Source of the DNA: Octopus vulgaris
Lineage: Eukaryota
Assembly (NCBI GenBank): GCA_951406725.2
Contig: OX597816.1
Coordinates: 163,804,001 to 163,868,000, forward strand
Direction of reading: 5' to 3'
DNA length: 64,000 bases
Part shown: positions 41,169 through 58,074 of the stretch, one piece after another
Layout of the letters: every line of letters begins with the position of its first letter
Position numbering within the stretch: position 1 is the stretch's first letter
Made by a program: the position numbers and the translations under genes
The notes under the pieces: model-generated
The model's input: the letters and a program-made list of their open reading frames with translations, nothing else
Told to the model about the DNA's origin: nothing
Database searches by the model: none

Positions 41169-41274
41169 ATCACGACAATTGTTTCGACACATCTAGCATC
41201 GATTCCTCTTGGGTGGGATACTCAACAACTGGTTCAGGAGCATCCGGTGGTGCAGATGTACCTCGTCGGGTGAT
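41169..41274 (-). ncRNA. Type I hammerhead with U4C core variant and extended stem II
   Basis: ATCAC CCGACGA GGTACATCT[...]AGATGTGTC GAAA CAATTG TC GTGAT, followed by AATAAA and (TA)n. Confidence 0.8.
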
Positions 41275-41701
41275 AAACAAATACAACTCGTTAAAATGAC
41301 TGTATGTATGTATGTATATACCCCCCATATAAATAAATATATATATATATATATACACATACATATCAAGGTGGTGGTGGAAACAGTGAAAAACGGTATG
41401 TCTTACATCTATATAATTATGCGGATGTCTCCGAATTTGTAGGTATGCGCGTGCACGTTAGAGGGCGAGCGGTCGCGTATCTGTGCATGCAAACTTGTGA
41501 ATACGTATGTGTATATGTGTGTGTGTATGTGCGTGTGAAAGTATGCATATGTGTACTTGTAAATGTCTATATGTGCATGTGTATACATGTATGTATGTAT
41601 GTTTGTTATTGAGAGAGTGTTTGTGCGCGTCCGTTTACGTATCTGATGTATTAACCATCGCAAGCCATAAAATATATTTATATAAAAAAACAAAAATAGC
41701 A

Positions 41702-41732
<31 letters not shown>

Positions 41733-42105
41733 CGCCCGTTTGTCGACAGACATGCGAGTGATAAACAGCTTAATGTGTGGCCGACAGAGACAAGATGGTC
41801 TTCACAATCTTCCCAGTGTTATGCAGGGAATACAATGGCTGTAGTGAGTGGAGCCGAAATAACCAACGTTTAAGCCAACATCATTAAACTACACGTTGCT
41901 TCTTTCTTGTGTGGCTTATTAAGAGCTATTTATAGTTGCAAGCGTGGTCGTGTGGTTAAATAGCTTCGTTTCCGGCGAATGAGGTTTCGGGTTCTGTCCC
42001 AGTGCATAGCATCTTGGGCAAATGTTTTCTCCTCTAGCCTGGGCTGGCTGATCAATCAATGATTGTCAGTGAATTTGGAAGACGGAAACTGTATGGAAAC
42101 CCTTC

Positions 42106-42145
<40 letters not shown>

Positions 42146-42968
42146 ATATCATTTAATATACACAGTCGTGTTCCATTGGAATACTCTCCTTCCCTCGTGG
42201 TTTCTGGTTCAAATCCACTGCGTGGCATGTCTCGCCCATGGGTTGATCAATGACTTGTGAGTGAATTTGGTAGACAGAAACTGTACGGAAGCCATTCCTT
42301 TACACACACACACACAAATATATATAATTTAATATACACAGTAGACGGGCGGTGAGTTGGTCGAATCATTAGCATATCGGACAAAATGCTTCGCAGCATT
42401 TCATCCGTTTTTACATTCTGGGTTCAAATTCCGCTGTGGTCGATCCGGATAGGATGAAAGAGCAAATGTTTTTATCCTAGTTCGTGGGCCGACTAATATC
42501 TTGTGAAAGAACGGAAGCCACGTGAAAATAAAGTATCATGCTCAAGAACATCACACACAGTCCGGGAATCGAACTCAATACCTCATGATCGTGAGCCCGA
42601 CGCTTTAACCACTGAGCCATACGGTTCTTACTAATATATTCTTTTACTTGATTCATTCATTTGACTGCGGCCATGCTGGAGCACCGCCTTTAGTCTAACA
42701 CACACGCACACACACAAACACATATATATATATACGACGGGCTTCTTCCAGTTTTCCGTCTACCAAATCTTCCCACAAGGCCATGGTCGGCCCGAGGCTA
42801 CAGTAGAAAATACTTGCCCAAGCTGCCGCGTTTTGGGACTGAACTCGGAAACATGTGGTTGGGAAGCAAGATACTTACCACACAGCCACTCCTGTAAAAA
42901 TATATTAGGATCTAAAAAAAAAAAACATGGAGGGCTATAAGGGTCTACCGAGTAAGTGAGGAATCAAA

Positions 42969-43125
42969 GGTGGCTGTGTGGTAAGTAGCTTGCTAACCAA
43001 CCACATGGTTCCGGGTTCAGTCCCACTGCGTGGCATCTTGGGCAAGTGTCTTCTGCTATAGCCCCGGGCCGACCAATGCTTTGTGAGCGGATTTGGTAGA
43101 CGGAAACTGAAAGAAGCCTGTCGTA

Positions 43126-43170
<45 letters not shown>

Positions 43171-43380
43171 TTGTGTGTCTGCGTTTGTTCCCCTAGCATT
43201 GCTTGACAACCGATGCTGGTGTGTTTACGTCCCCGTCACTTAGCGGTTCGGCAAAAAGAGACCGATAGAATAAGTACTGGGCTTACAAAAAGAATAAGTC
43301 CCGGGGTCGAGTTGCTCGACTAAAGGCGGTGCTCCAGCATGGCCGCAGTCAAATGACTGAAACAAGTAAAAGAGTAAGAG
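42969..43380 (+). mobile_element. SINE S1, full length (young subfamily)
   Basis: Nearly identical to 13213-13628. Confidence 0.9.
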
Positions 43381-44407
43381 TATGGGCAAATAGAGACTAA
43401 GAACCTATGGTCTACAGCAAGAAATTTTCTCTCAGACAAAATACATCGAAAGTTTTTTCTTGAGGGGTTCGAATATACCTTCAGCATATTTGGGCTGGTA
43501 ACGAGTTTGTATTTTTACGCATCGTTGCTTAGCACTCTCACTCCGTATCATAAATTATATGTTTATACGTTTATGAATTTCCATGCTATTTTTCAAGTTT
43601 CTCGGCTTAATCCGGCATTAAACCGCCGACACCAAATCCGGTCGTACGCTACCAGCTCTAAATTGAATCACAATACTTTCGGCCCTAAACCCAGACGTAT
43701 TTAACGGGCCCTTACATTCAACCATCTACGTTACTTAGCCAGCCTTAAATTCCGTCATACATGGCTGACCCTAACTTCACCAAAACACACCTCAGCTTAT
43801 ATTCAGTCACGCGTCACTGGGCTTAAGTCTGGTCATATAAAGGTTGCTTTTTTATGTCTCAAGGCCAAGGCGTGGCTGTGTGGTAAGAAACTTGCTTCTC
43901 AACCACACGGTTCTGGGTTCAGTCCTACCGCGTGGCATCTTGGGCAAGTGTCTTTTTTCTACAATAGCTTCGAGCTGACTAAGGCCTTGTGAGTGGTAGA
44001 CGGAAACTGAAGGAAGCTCATCATGTATATAGATGCAAGGCCGGCCCTAAGATTGTTGGCACCCGGGCGCAAAATTCTTTTCCCACGAGAGTTCCGGACC
44101 CCAGTTATGAAGTCATTTACATACGGCCAATCAGAGCTCAGCTATCAAACTAATTTATGGGCGCATAACAAGTGATGGGCAATAAAATAAGGTCACTTGG
44201 GTAAGGAATGACCATGCTTCTTTTCTCTTTCGATAATGCTTGTTGTTCTTGTTCTTGTTTCATCCATGGCTGCTTCTGCGTAGTTATCTGTGTTGCTTTG
44301 TGGGAACGACTGTTTTAACCCTTAACGTAGGTTTCAGGGAGATTCAACGTGACCCATTCAGAGAGGAGACAGGAGAGGGAATGAAGACAACGTGAATGCA
44401 AGCAGAG

Positions 44408-44490
<83 letters not shown>

Positions 44491-44542
44491 CAATAGATAG
44501 ATATGTTTCTTTATTAACCACACAGGGCTGAACACAGAGGGG

Positions 44543-44662
<120 letters not shown>

Positions 44663-44667
44663 TAGAA

Positions 44668-44708
<41 letters not shown>

Positions 44709-44711
44709 CAC

Positions 44712-44773
<62 letters not shown>

Positions 44774-44779
44774 TCAGTG

Positions 44780-44889
<110 letters not shown>

Positions 44890-45130
44890 CAGACAGGTAA
44901 AGAATAATAATGAATGATGTGGGGGTAAATAGAGGGAAGGGAAGAGGAGAAAAGAAAGCAGATTCAGAGCGAAAGAGAGAGAGAGAGAGAGAGTAGGGGA
45001 GTGAAAGAGACAGACAGACAGGCAGGCTGAAGAAATGACAGAAAAAATAAATGACAAAAAGGAAGAACAGAAGAAAATGAAGAAAGGAAAATCGATAATT
45101 ATAGTCGAGATTGGTTATTGAACAGTGTGA

Positions 45131-45170
<40 letters not shown>

Positions 45171-45465
45171 CGAAGGAGGAAGGGTGTTTGGTAAATGTGT
45201 AGAACGTGATGTCAATATGGAGGTCAGGGTTAGTGGGCGGGAAGTGGTTGGTGGGTGGGTGTGTCTGTATGTGTGTGTGTAGGGGGGAACAGAAGAGTCT
45301 AGACGGAGCTGATGAAGGGATGATTAGGTGGGGGCGGAGGATAGGGTGAGTGAGGTGAAGCAGTGCATGTGTACATGTAGACACACTCACACAGACATAC
45401 ATACGCATATATATATATATATATATATACATGTATATATATACATATTTATACATATATATATA

Positions 45466-45509
<44 letters not shown>

Positions 45510-45618
45510 TATACATATATATATATGTGTGTATGTATGTGAAGAAGATTGCCATTTTCTGATGTCCTACATATTGATGAGCCTTGATTCTTAAGGAATC
45601 CATACAACAAATTTCTCC

Positions 45619-45691
<73 letters not shown>

Positions 45692-45716
45692 ATTATATAT
45701 ATATATATATATATAT

Positions 45717-45795
<79 letters not shown>

Positions 45796-47372
45796 TGATC
45801 ATACATACATACATACATACATACATACATACATACATACATACATACATACATACGTACGTACATGCATATTCACACACACCGATTCACATACACGCAC
45901 ACACTGATACACATCACACATGCACCCATGCATACATATATAATACATACATACATACAAGCATGCGTACATGCATACAAACATACATACGTACATACAA
46001 ACATACATACATACATATGCATTTATACATACATACATTCACATCCACACACACACGGACACACACATACACGCACACAAACACACATAAATGCGACGGG
46101 CTTCCACCCAGTCTCAGCCTCCCCAATTCGTTCACAAAGCATTATTCGGTCCCGACTCATAAAACACCTCGTTTCATGTTTTACGAGTTTGTTGTCCACG
46201 AAATTCTAAGTGATGCACAGTTAAGTCAAATTGCTTGACGTCCTTCCGATCTCAGCGCGACAAAGTGAAGACATTTGAAAGAAACACTTAAATATAATTT
46301 GTAGAACTTTATACATGTTGGATTTCGGTTGAGCGTTCTGTATGTAGTTCTAGAAATTGTGTTTTGTAAACGACAGACTATACTGATGATCTTAAACCAA
46401 TGGTACATAGGTAATCGTTTTTAATTTCGTATATTTTCATTTGTCTTGCTTATTTTTACATTTTGGTTTTGTACTGATATTTTTCTTGAGAACACATTCT
46501 TCGCGGTAATGGCGATTTGAGTCTATATTTAGCATATAGGCGGTCCACTTTTAGTGGTCAGTCCTCTAAATTTTATATATGTATGTATGCATGTATGTAT
46601 GTTGCATGGTTGGGTCGTCGGCGACTAAACCGGCAACCCCACCAAGCTTGCTTGGTGAGGAGGGTGTTTATTGGACACCCTGCGGGATGAAAAACAAAAC
46701 CCGTCAAAAGGCGGAGGAACTCTTGAGAGTCAACGGCCATCCAATAAATGTCTTAAGGCTGTATCATGCGCGGGGACATAGAAATAATCGGACTGAATAC
46801 CCGATCGCGCGGTCAAACCATTGGGAGTGAAGGACTCCTTGCCTTTGTTAGGGCATCCTACTAGGAGAAATTACCTCAGGTATCTGGGATAACTCCGACA
46901 TAAAAATCTGCGGCTCAGTGGTTACCGATGATGTTGACTTGTTCTTCTTTTCGGATTATGGCTGCTGTTGCTTAGGGAGTGGGATTGCCTCAGTGCAGAG
47001 CCTTTCCTCACTTTAAAAAAAAATCTTGCACAGGCATTGCACGATAACAACATTGATTAAGCTTCGTGCAATGGCCATACTCGATAACGAGGGGGCAGAC
47101 CCCCATGTATATACGACGGGCTTCTTTCAGTTTTTGTCTACCAAATCCACTCACAAGGCCTTGGTCGGCCAGAGGCTATAGTACAAGACACTGGCTCAAG
47201 GTGCCACGCTGTGGGACTGAACCCGGAACGAAGTGGTTGGGAAGCGCGCTTCCTACCACACAACCACGCCTGTATGCGGTTTTTATGTCAATTATTTACA
47301 AGGCATTTTTTCATTTATGTGTTTATATAAATATATGCCCCAGCATGGCCACAGCTCATGAGCTGAAACTAG

Positions 47373-47405
<33 letters not shown>

Positions 47406-47831
47406 TATATATATATATATATACATACCGCGACCGCTGCCAGACCCAAAAAGGCCCGGTCGCGGTAACATCAACATTTTTTCTCTGCCGTAAGGCTCAA
47501 TTCCTAACACGCCAGCTGAATTCATTTCATCTCTAGTCGAAAGACGCCTGTTGTGATGTCCTGTTATTATTATTATTATTGATTTTTCGCATTATTTTTG
47601 TATTTATATTCGTGTAACATCGTCCATTTTTTTTCCGTCCTTGTTTTTGTATACATTCGAAACTTTTTTCCAAGGAATCTAATGCTCTTAGCTTAGTTTT
47701 TCCTTGGGGCTGGTCAGATTGGAGCAATCTCAAGATTAATCAGCCGAAATTGACTGAAGATTAAGGGCTTCGAATGACCCGTCCGTGGTTTTTGTATCGT
47801 CTTCTGGATGTTTTGCGTTCTTGTCCCATTT

Positions 47832-47878
<47 letters not shown>

Positions 47879-47920
47879 CGGCGTACGTACACTTTGTTCT
47901 CCCTCTATATATATATATAG

Positions 47921-47987
<67 letters not shown>

Positions 47988-48279
47988 CATATGCCTGTGA
48001 GTGTGTATATATTTATGTGTCTGTGTTTGTCCTCCCCCCCCCCAGCATCGCTTGACAACCGATGCTGGAGTGTTTGCGTCCCCGTAACTTAGCGGTTCGG
48101 CAAAAGAAACCGATAGAATAAGTCCTAGGTTTTTACAAAGAACAAGTCCTGGGGGCGATCTGCTCAACTAAAGGCGGTACTCCAGCATGGCTGAACAAGT
48201 AAATATATGTATATGTGTGTGTGTGTGTGTTATGTGTGTATATATATATATATGTGGGTGTGTGTGTGTGTGTATATGT

Positions 48280-48327
<48 letters not shown>

Positions 48328-48329
48328 CC

Positions 48330-48803
48330 CCTCACCACCGCTGCCATCACCACCACCCATATTAAGAAGATTAACACTCGTAACACCTTCACACACTAAC
48401 AAAACAATAGCAGAAAGAACAACATCAATATGAAAACTGCCAGCCTCGCTCCAACCCCGCCACACACATCGGCAACATTATTAACAAGTGCAAAAGTAAC
48501 GCCATAATCACCACCACCACTACCACCAAGAACGGCACTGCTTTCGCCTCCACCGTCACCAACCAATGCGAACAACAACAACAGCACCTCCACCACCACC
48601 ACCACAACATCCACCGTCACCGCCGCCAACACCTGTTCCAGTTCTACGGCTGATATATTTCCACCACCACCACTATCACCGTTTCTTACGCGCCCACTAC
48701 CACAGCCACCGTATACATGTATGTGTATTGAATGTGTATGTGTGTGTGTGTGTGTGAACGTTTCTGTATGTGCGTGCGTTTGGTATTTTTTAAATACGGA
48801 ACG

Positions 48804-48846
<43 letters not shown>

Positions 48847-49483
48847 AGTGGTTATGGTGAGTCTGTCTCACTCTGTGTCTGTGTGTGTGTGTGTGAACGT
48901 ATGTGTGCGTAGTTGAATACATCTGTTTGTGTGTAAATATATGTGTGTGGGTGCTGGCGTATCAGTGGTTGCGATATGTATCATTATATATGTATACGTA
49001 CATATCTGAATGTGTGTGTGTGTGTGTATGTGAATGTGTGTTTTGTCTGTGTGTGCGTGAATGTGTGCTGTTGATAGTATATGTCTGTATCTGTATTTAT
49101 GGGTTTGTGTATGTGTATATATATATATATATGTATGTATATATACATATCTGAATGTGTGTGTGTGTATGTGAATGTGTGTTTTGTCTGTGTGTGTGCG
49201 TGAATGTATGTGTGCTGTTGATAGTATATGTCTGTATCTGTATTTATGGGTTCGTCTACGTGTATTTATGTATATGTGTTGGTGTGTTTGTGTGTCAGTT
49301 ATATTTGATGGTAGTGGTTATGGTACGTCTGTCTTACTCTGTTTGTGTGTGTGTATGTGTGTGTGTGTGTGTGTCGGCGTATGTGTGCGTAGTTGAATAC
49401 ATCTGTCTGTGTGTATATATATATATGTGTGGTGGGGAGGGGGCTGGCGTATCAGTCGTGGCGATATGTATCAGTATGTGTAT

Positions 49484-49521
<38 letters not shown>

Positions 49522-49729
49522 CGGTGTATGTGTGCGTAGTTGAATACATCTGTCTGTGTGTATATATATATGTGGGGGGAGGGGCTGGCGTATCGGTCGT
49601 GGCGATATGTATCAGTATGTGTATACGTGTGTGTGTGTGTGTGTATGTGCGTACGTCAACCACTACCCCCTTCTCCACCACATCCAGTACCGCTATATAA
49701 ATACCGTCACCACCAACACCAGCTGCACC

Positions 49730-49761
<32 letters not shown>

Positions 49762-50497
49762 CAACAGCAGCAACAACGCCACCGCCGCCGCCATATACAT
49801 GCCACCAACTGCAACACCGCTGCCATTTTAATATCGCCACAACATACAAAGCAACAAATATCACAGCCACCACCACCACCACCACCACCACCACCACCAC
49901 CACCACCACCGCCGCCGCCGCCGCCACCACCTCAACGTAACGGCCAACCACACCCTAACACAATCACACAAACACACACACACACACACACACAAACACA
50001 CATGCACATCAACGCCTACGTCACCATACCCACCAACCACCAACCACCACCACCACTACCACCATCACCTTCGATGCAGAACCATTCCCCCTTCCCCCCA
50101 CAACCCCCTCCGTCTACAGCTTAATCACTCTCACCCTCTTCACCGCCACCGCCACCACTTTCGCCACCGTTAATTAAATCCTTACATCCCCCTTTCCCCA
50201 CACACGAATTAACAAGACCAACACACACACATACATGTATGCACACATACAAACATACGCACATATACACTTGCACACACACACACACGCTCACACACAC
50301 ACACACACACACATACATGCACACGATAACGCCATTACTTTCAACTACAGCACCATCAACCTCACACACACACATACACATACGCATACACATACACGTC
50401 GTCACTAGCAGTCCTACGACATACACACGCACAAACACACACTCACACACACTGACGTATACACCGCCACCAATTGCTTACCTTCCCAATACCACAC

Positions 50498-50533
<36 letters not shown>

Positions 50534-50703
50534 CAAACACACATACACGCCATTTTTGCACTTTCACACACGCGCACACACATACGCACACACACACATA
50601 CACGCGCGTACGCACGTACCAACACTGGCACCTCCTCCACCAACCCCATCAACACCTATTGTTTCTTCACTCCCACTACCACCACCCATCGCCAACCACA
50701 AAC

Positions 50704-50744
<41 letters not shown>

Positions 50745-51556
50745 CTACGCCACTACAAACAATTATTTCCACCTCCCCTACTCTCACACATCCATCAACC
50801 TAACGCCCTACATAGCGCCACACACACACACACACACATACACACACACACACCCAGACACATACACACACATTACCCTCGCCGTGTCTTCGCCTAACTA
50901 CGCACACAGAAATACACACCGCTACAGACAATAGATATAGACACATACGACGTATATACATACACTAACACACACACACACACATACAGAGGTACACATG
51001 CAACAACAGAGATATGAACATAGACACATATACACATACGACATATTTACGAACACACATACAAACACACTAACGCTGGCACACACACATACAAACACAG
51101 ACACATACGACATAGACAAACATTCTGATAGACAGATGAACGCATACACATACACACACAAAGCCGCAAACAGACACATACGATATAGATACATATGCTC
51201 ACTCACATAGACACATACCACCACACATACAGACAGATACGCATATAGATAAACATAGATACATACCATCACACACACACATACATATGAGCGTAATACT
51301 AAACACACACAGAGAGAAACACACGCAGACAAACACACGCACACATATACATACTGACGCATATCGCCACTTCTGTTGACCACATATGCCAAAACCCACA
51401 TACATACATACATACATACATACATACATGTACAAATACACGCACACACTAACAGACGTATTCAACTACGCACACATATACGCCGTCACACATACAGACA
51501 GTGAGACAGACACATATACCCACTACCATCAAATACAACAGACACACACAACAACA

Positions 51557-51624
<68 letters not shown>

Positions 51625-51724
51625 CATACATACATACTCACAAACACATAAATACAAATACAGACATACACGTTCACACATGTACAGACAAGACACACAC
51701 ACACATTCAGACGTATATAGATTG

Positions 51725-51761
<37 letters not shown>

Positions 51762-53230
51762 ACAAACACACACTCACACACTCACACACACACTCATACG
51801 CACGTTAACACAGACATATACTAACACGCACACACACGCGCAATTATAGACATTTTATCACATAGCAGCTACACGCACAGACACATACAAACACACACAC
51901 ACACATACTCACACATAAACACACACAAAACAATACAGGGACACACACACACACACACACACAGTCTGACAGACATATCACCACATTTACAAAAGCCACA
52001 CATACAGGCTTACAGTAGACACAAACACACTCACATATACATGTCACTTATACATACGCAAACACACACACAGACACACGCGCGCACATATACGCTTTAT
52101 GAATGTCTCCGTTACGTACCACTTGTTACTACATCCTAAACCATCACCACCACCACCACCACCACCACCACCACTACCACAAAAAAGCCCCACCTCTACC
52201 ACTTCAACTGTGACCTATACCCTACCATGTACCACATACTAACACATATACACAACCGCTAACCAGGCGCCGCCGCCGCCGTCACCATCATGATGTGGAC
52301 GCCACCACCGCCGCCGCCATCGTCATAATACAATCACCGCCACCGTCGCCCTTATCTTTATTGCGCAGTCGTTGTCGTCACCACTGCCGCCACCGCCACC
52401 ACTATTGTTATGTACAAACATCATCACCGCCATCGCCACCATTATCTTTATAGTGCAGTCAACGTCACCACCGCTTCCCTCGCCATCATATAACACAAGC
52501 ATCGCGTTAGCCACCGTCGCCCCTGCCACCATGGACGATATCAACAGTACTATTACCACCGTCGACACCACCTTCAAACAAACAGCAGCTTAACCACCAC
52601 CCTCACCGACATTCTCAACGCCATCACCACCGTCGCCACCATGTAATGCAACAATTATCAACACCACCTCCACCACCACTACCACGTAATAATAATAATA
52701 CAACGCCCCGGCGCCACCACCAGCATAAGCGTTACCCCATCATCAACCTCCCCACCATCACCAAGTGTATTCTCCGCCACCACTTTCATATAACACAATC
52801 GCCGTCACCGCCACTAGCGGACGCACAATGCAACCACCCCCTACCACCACCATTCTCTCACCTACCATTCACATCAACACTACCTCTACCACCCCCATTC
52901 CACTAATATCATCCCCCCTTCCCATCACCCCCGCCGCCACCAGCAACAATGCAGTCATCCACCACCTCCACCGCCATCACTACCACAAACATCTTCGTTA
53001 CGACCACCTCCACCGCCGCCGCCAACAACAATGCAATCCACACACACACATCCTCCTCGAGCTCCGCCGCCACCATGTACATAACCACGATCACCTCCAC
53101 CACCGCCACCAACAACGTTACAATCAGCGCCAGCACCTTCCGCACCACCACCACCATCACTATTACGACCACCACCACCGTCGCCGCCAGCTTCACCGCC
53201 ACCACCACTACACACTTCTCTCTCTGGTCA
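48330..53230. repeat. Cryptically simple region of decayed (CCA)n/(CCG)n and (CA)n with minisatellite-like duplications
   Basis: Marker GCGTAGTTGAATACATCTG at 48907, 49387 and 49534, and inverted (one mismatch) at 51453-51471. Confidence 0.75.
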
Positions 53231-53571
53231 TGGCCGCCATTAAACGCCAAGTCAAACTGTTTGGCTGACTGCCAGTCCTGCCCTTCATCACCCCCTCCCT
53301 TTGTTTAACATCTCACTCCTCTGTCTCTCTCTCGTTCTCCCGCTTCCTCTCTCACTATCTTTCACCCTTTCTTTCTCCAAGCAATTGTCTTCACATTTAA
53401 CTCTTCTCCCCCCGCTCTTTCTTCCTCTCCCCACTTCCCGCCGTTTCTCCCCGCTTCCTTCTTCCCCTTCTCTCTCTCTCTCTCACACTATAAATATATA
53501 TTTATGTATATCTAAATACACACACATACTTATATACACATCTTCAAGCTTATATATACATATACATAAAT

Positions 53572-53640
<69 letters not shown>

Positions 53641-53914
53641 AACAGTCATCCGAACGTACAACTTACAAAACATATGCAGGTACAACCAAGCACACACAAG
53701 TAGAAATGCACACACACACATATATATAATATGCGTATACGCATACATTTCTATAAATGTATTTATATATATATATATATATGGGAGAGATAAACGTATA
53801 CATATGCCGTTACATACTTACATATGTACACACATTTAACGAAATACCTTCACACACACACAGAAACGTCTAAAGACACACATACATAGAAATACATATA
53901 TATATATATATATG

Positions 53915-53963
<49 letters not shown>

Positions 53964-54053
53964 GTATATTTGTATGTCACAGCCATCGTCCCACCACCTC
54001 TACCACCGCGAGATAATATTATGTATATGTATATATATGTATGTATTGTTTAC

Positions 54054-54091
<38 letters not shown>

Positions 54092-54352
54092 GTTTATAAA
54101 TAGTATAAATTATATATGTATATACATATACATAGATATATATACACGTATATATATGTTTATAAATAGTAGAAATTATATATGTATATACATATAAATA
54201 GATATGTACACGTATATATACATACATATATATATATATATATATGTATACATACGTGGACACGCTCTAGGAAACACACGCACACACGCACATATACAGA
54301 TATAAAGACACGTATACATCGATACACATATATACGTGTGTGAGAGAGAGAA

Positions 54353-54392
<40 letters not shown>

Positions 54393-54826
54393 GATATATA
54401 TATATATGTATCTATATATATATATATATACAATTACCTATACACAACACGTTCTGACACACACATACACACACACACACACGCTGGACGTACACATTTA
54501 GACACAGATACACACACAAAACACACACACAAGCTCATACATAAATACAGATTATACACATACATAAATACATACGAAACGATATAGAGACACACACATA
54601 CGGACATTTCAACATACATATATACATACATACATACATACATAAACGCGCATACATTTACAAATAGAAACACATACGAATATATACACACACACGCATA
54701 CAGTCATTCACACACAAATTATTGACATAAACATACACAAACATACCAATACACACACACAGATACATACTTACATACATAGACGCATACACACATTCAC
54801 ACTGTCAAGAATCAAACACACATTCG

Positions 54827-54857
<31 letters not shown>

Positions 54858-54943
54858 CATACATACATACATACATACATACATACATACATACATACAT
54901 ACATACATACATACATACATAAATACATACATACATACACACA

Positions 54944-54977
<34 letters not shown>

Positions 54978-55067
54978 CATAAATATACACATACATACAT
55001 AAATACATAAATACACACATACATACATACATACATACATACATACATACATACATACATACATACA

Positions 55068-55101
<34 letters not shown>

Positions 55102-55115
55102 CATACATACATACA

Positions 55116-55149
<34 letters not shown>

Positions 55150-55155
55150 CATACA

Positions 55156-55187
<32 letters not shown>

Positions 55188-55652
55188 GACAGACGGACAC
55201 ATTTACGACATAGACACATACGCACTTACATACATAAACACACACACGCACACACTCATATACATGCATAAACAGGCACTCATACACACGGATGAAACAC
55301 ACATACTCAATCAGACACGCATTCGTAAAAACACACATATACGCATACATACAAGAACATACACACACATACAATAACGCACATAGTCTCTGCCTCACAC
55401 ATACATACAACCACAATAACGCACACAGCCTCTGCTTCTCACACACACACACACCGTACGTGTTCTGCCATCGTTGTCTGTCGATTCTTCCATTGCTGTT
55501 ATGTAGTACAGATAGCAATTAACTTTCTTAGTAGCAGGCCTCCTTAAGAAATATATACGTTACAATACACCGACCGCTCGGTTCACCACTGTTATCACAT
55601 CTACACACATATACTAGACATGTAGATTCATATATACATATAATATATAAAA

Positions 55653-55689
<37 letters not shown>

Positions 55690-55776
55690 CTGTATACATA
55701 TATATACATATGTATACATATATACATATGGTTATATATGCATATATATATATGCATATGTATATACATATGTATA

Positions 55777-55823
<47 letters not shown>

Positions 55824-55901
55824 AAATATATATATATATATGTATACTGTATATACATATAAATATATATATATATGTATGTAAATACATATGTATATCA
55901 G

Positions 55902-55936
<35 letters not shown>

Positions 55937-55969
55937 AAATATATCTGTGCATATGTGTAAACATGTATA

Positions 55970-56043
<74 letters not shown>

Positions 56044-56109
56044 AATACATATTTATATCAGTATATATATATATATTTATACAAATATAAACATGTATAC
56101 TGTATATGT

Positions 56110-56161
<52 letters not shown>

Positions 56162-56328
56162 AAATATATCTGTGCATATGTGTATACATATGTATATCTG
56201 TAAAAATATATATATGTTTATATTTGTATACATATATCTATATATCTATATATATATATATATGTATATGTATACAAATATAAACATATGTATACTGTAT
56301 TTTGTATATATGTATACATACATATGTA

Positions 56329-56373
<45 letters not shown>

Positions 56374-56412
56374 GTATACATATATAAACATATGTATACT
56401 GTATTTGTGTAC

Positions 56413-56480
<68 letters not shown>

Positions 56481-56716
56481 GTGATGTGTGTGTGTGTGTA
56501 TACTACGCTATTTTACACATGTCTACTTCATCTCTCCTCCTATCATTTAACCAGTATTTATGTATCTCTCATTCACTCAACATCTTTCTTTCCTCCGCTC
56601 TCTCACTCTATCTATCTATCTAACCTCTCTCTCACTCTCTCTTTGTGTATCTCTCTCTAATATTCTCATTTAACCCGTATTTGTGTATCTCTCACTCAAA
56701 CATAATCTCCCTATAA

Positions 56717-57120
<404 letters not shown>

Positions 57121-57278
57121 CTAACCCTAGGTCTGTGAGTGTGTGTAGATATATATATATATATATCACTATTTCTATATGCCTCACTTTATGCTCCTCA
57201 CAGCTCAAGCAAATACACATGCATTACACACACACACACACACAAACAAACAAACACACACACACACACACAAACAAA

Positions 57279-57315
<37 letters not shown>

Positions 57316-57589
57316 ATTACATAAACACGCAGAAACACAGCCACTCACAAACGCTCACACAAATTGAAATGAACTTCTGGGAGAATTCCCAAATGGGTGA
57401 GATTTGACTGTGTGTGCGTGTGAGTGTGTGTGTGTGTGAGTGTGTGTGCGTGTGAGTGTGTGCGTGTGTGTGTGCGCGTGTATGTGTGTGTGTTTATGGT
57501 TGTAGATACCCGTAAGAACTAATAATAGGAAAATTAATAAAAAAAGAAAATCAAACATCAACACAGTCGTGCTTTTAATATAACCTTTA

Positions 57590-57912
57590 TTACTTTATTC
57601 TTTTACTTGTTTCAGTCATTTGACTGCGGCCATGCTGGAGCATCGCTCTTTAGTCGAGCAAATCGACCCCCAGGACTTTATTCTTTGTAAGCCCTTGTAC
57701 TTATTCTAGCGATCACTTTTTTGCCGATGCGCTACGTTACGGGGACGTAAACACACCAACATCGGTTATCAAGCGATGGTGTGATGGGGGGGGCAAACAT
57801 AGACACACACACATTGATATATATACTCTTGCTCAAGGTATTTCGCAGTGGGACTGAACCCGGAACCATGTGGTTGGGAAACAAGCTTTTTACCACACAG
57901 CCACTCCTGCGC
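57590..57912 (-). mobile_element. SINE S1, internally deleted
   Basis: Head and tail present, CORE-adjacent part missing. Confidence 0.8.
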
Positions 57913-57981
<69 letters not shown>

Positions 57982-58074
57982 CGTGTGTGTGTGTGTGCAT
58001 GTGTACATATATATATATATATGTATGTAAATATTTGCATTGGGACCCCTTCGCATCGAAGACCGGTGATTGTT

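Noticed and set aside
44037-44075. hAT-like terminal sequence AAGGCCGGCCCTAAG
   Set aside because: No matching second TIR or TSD was found.
52323-53308. Mucin-like Thr-rich and His/Pro-rich ORFs
   Set aside because: Decayed (CCA)n is open in many frames on both strands and is interspersed with stops.
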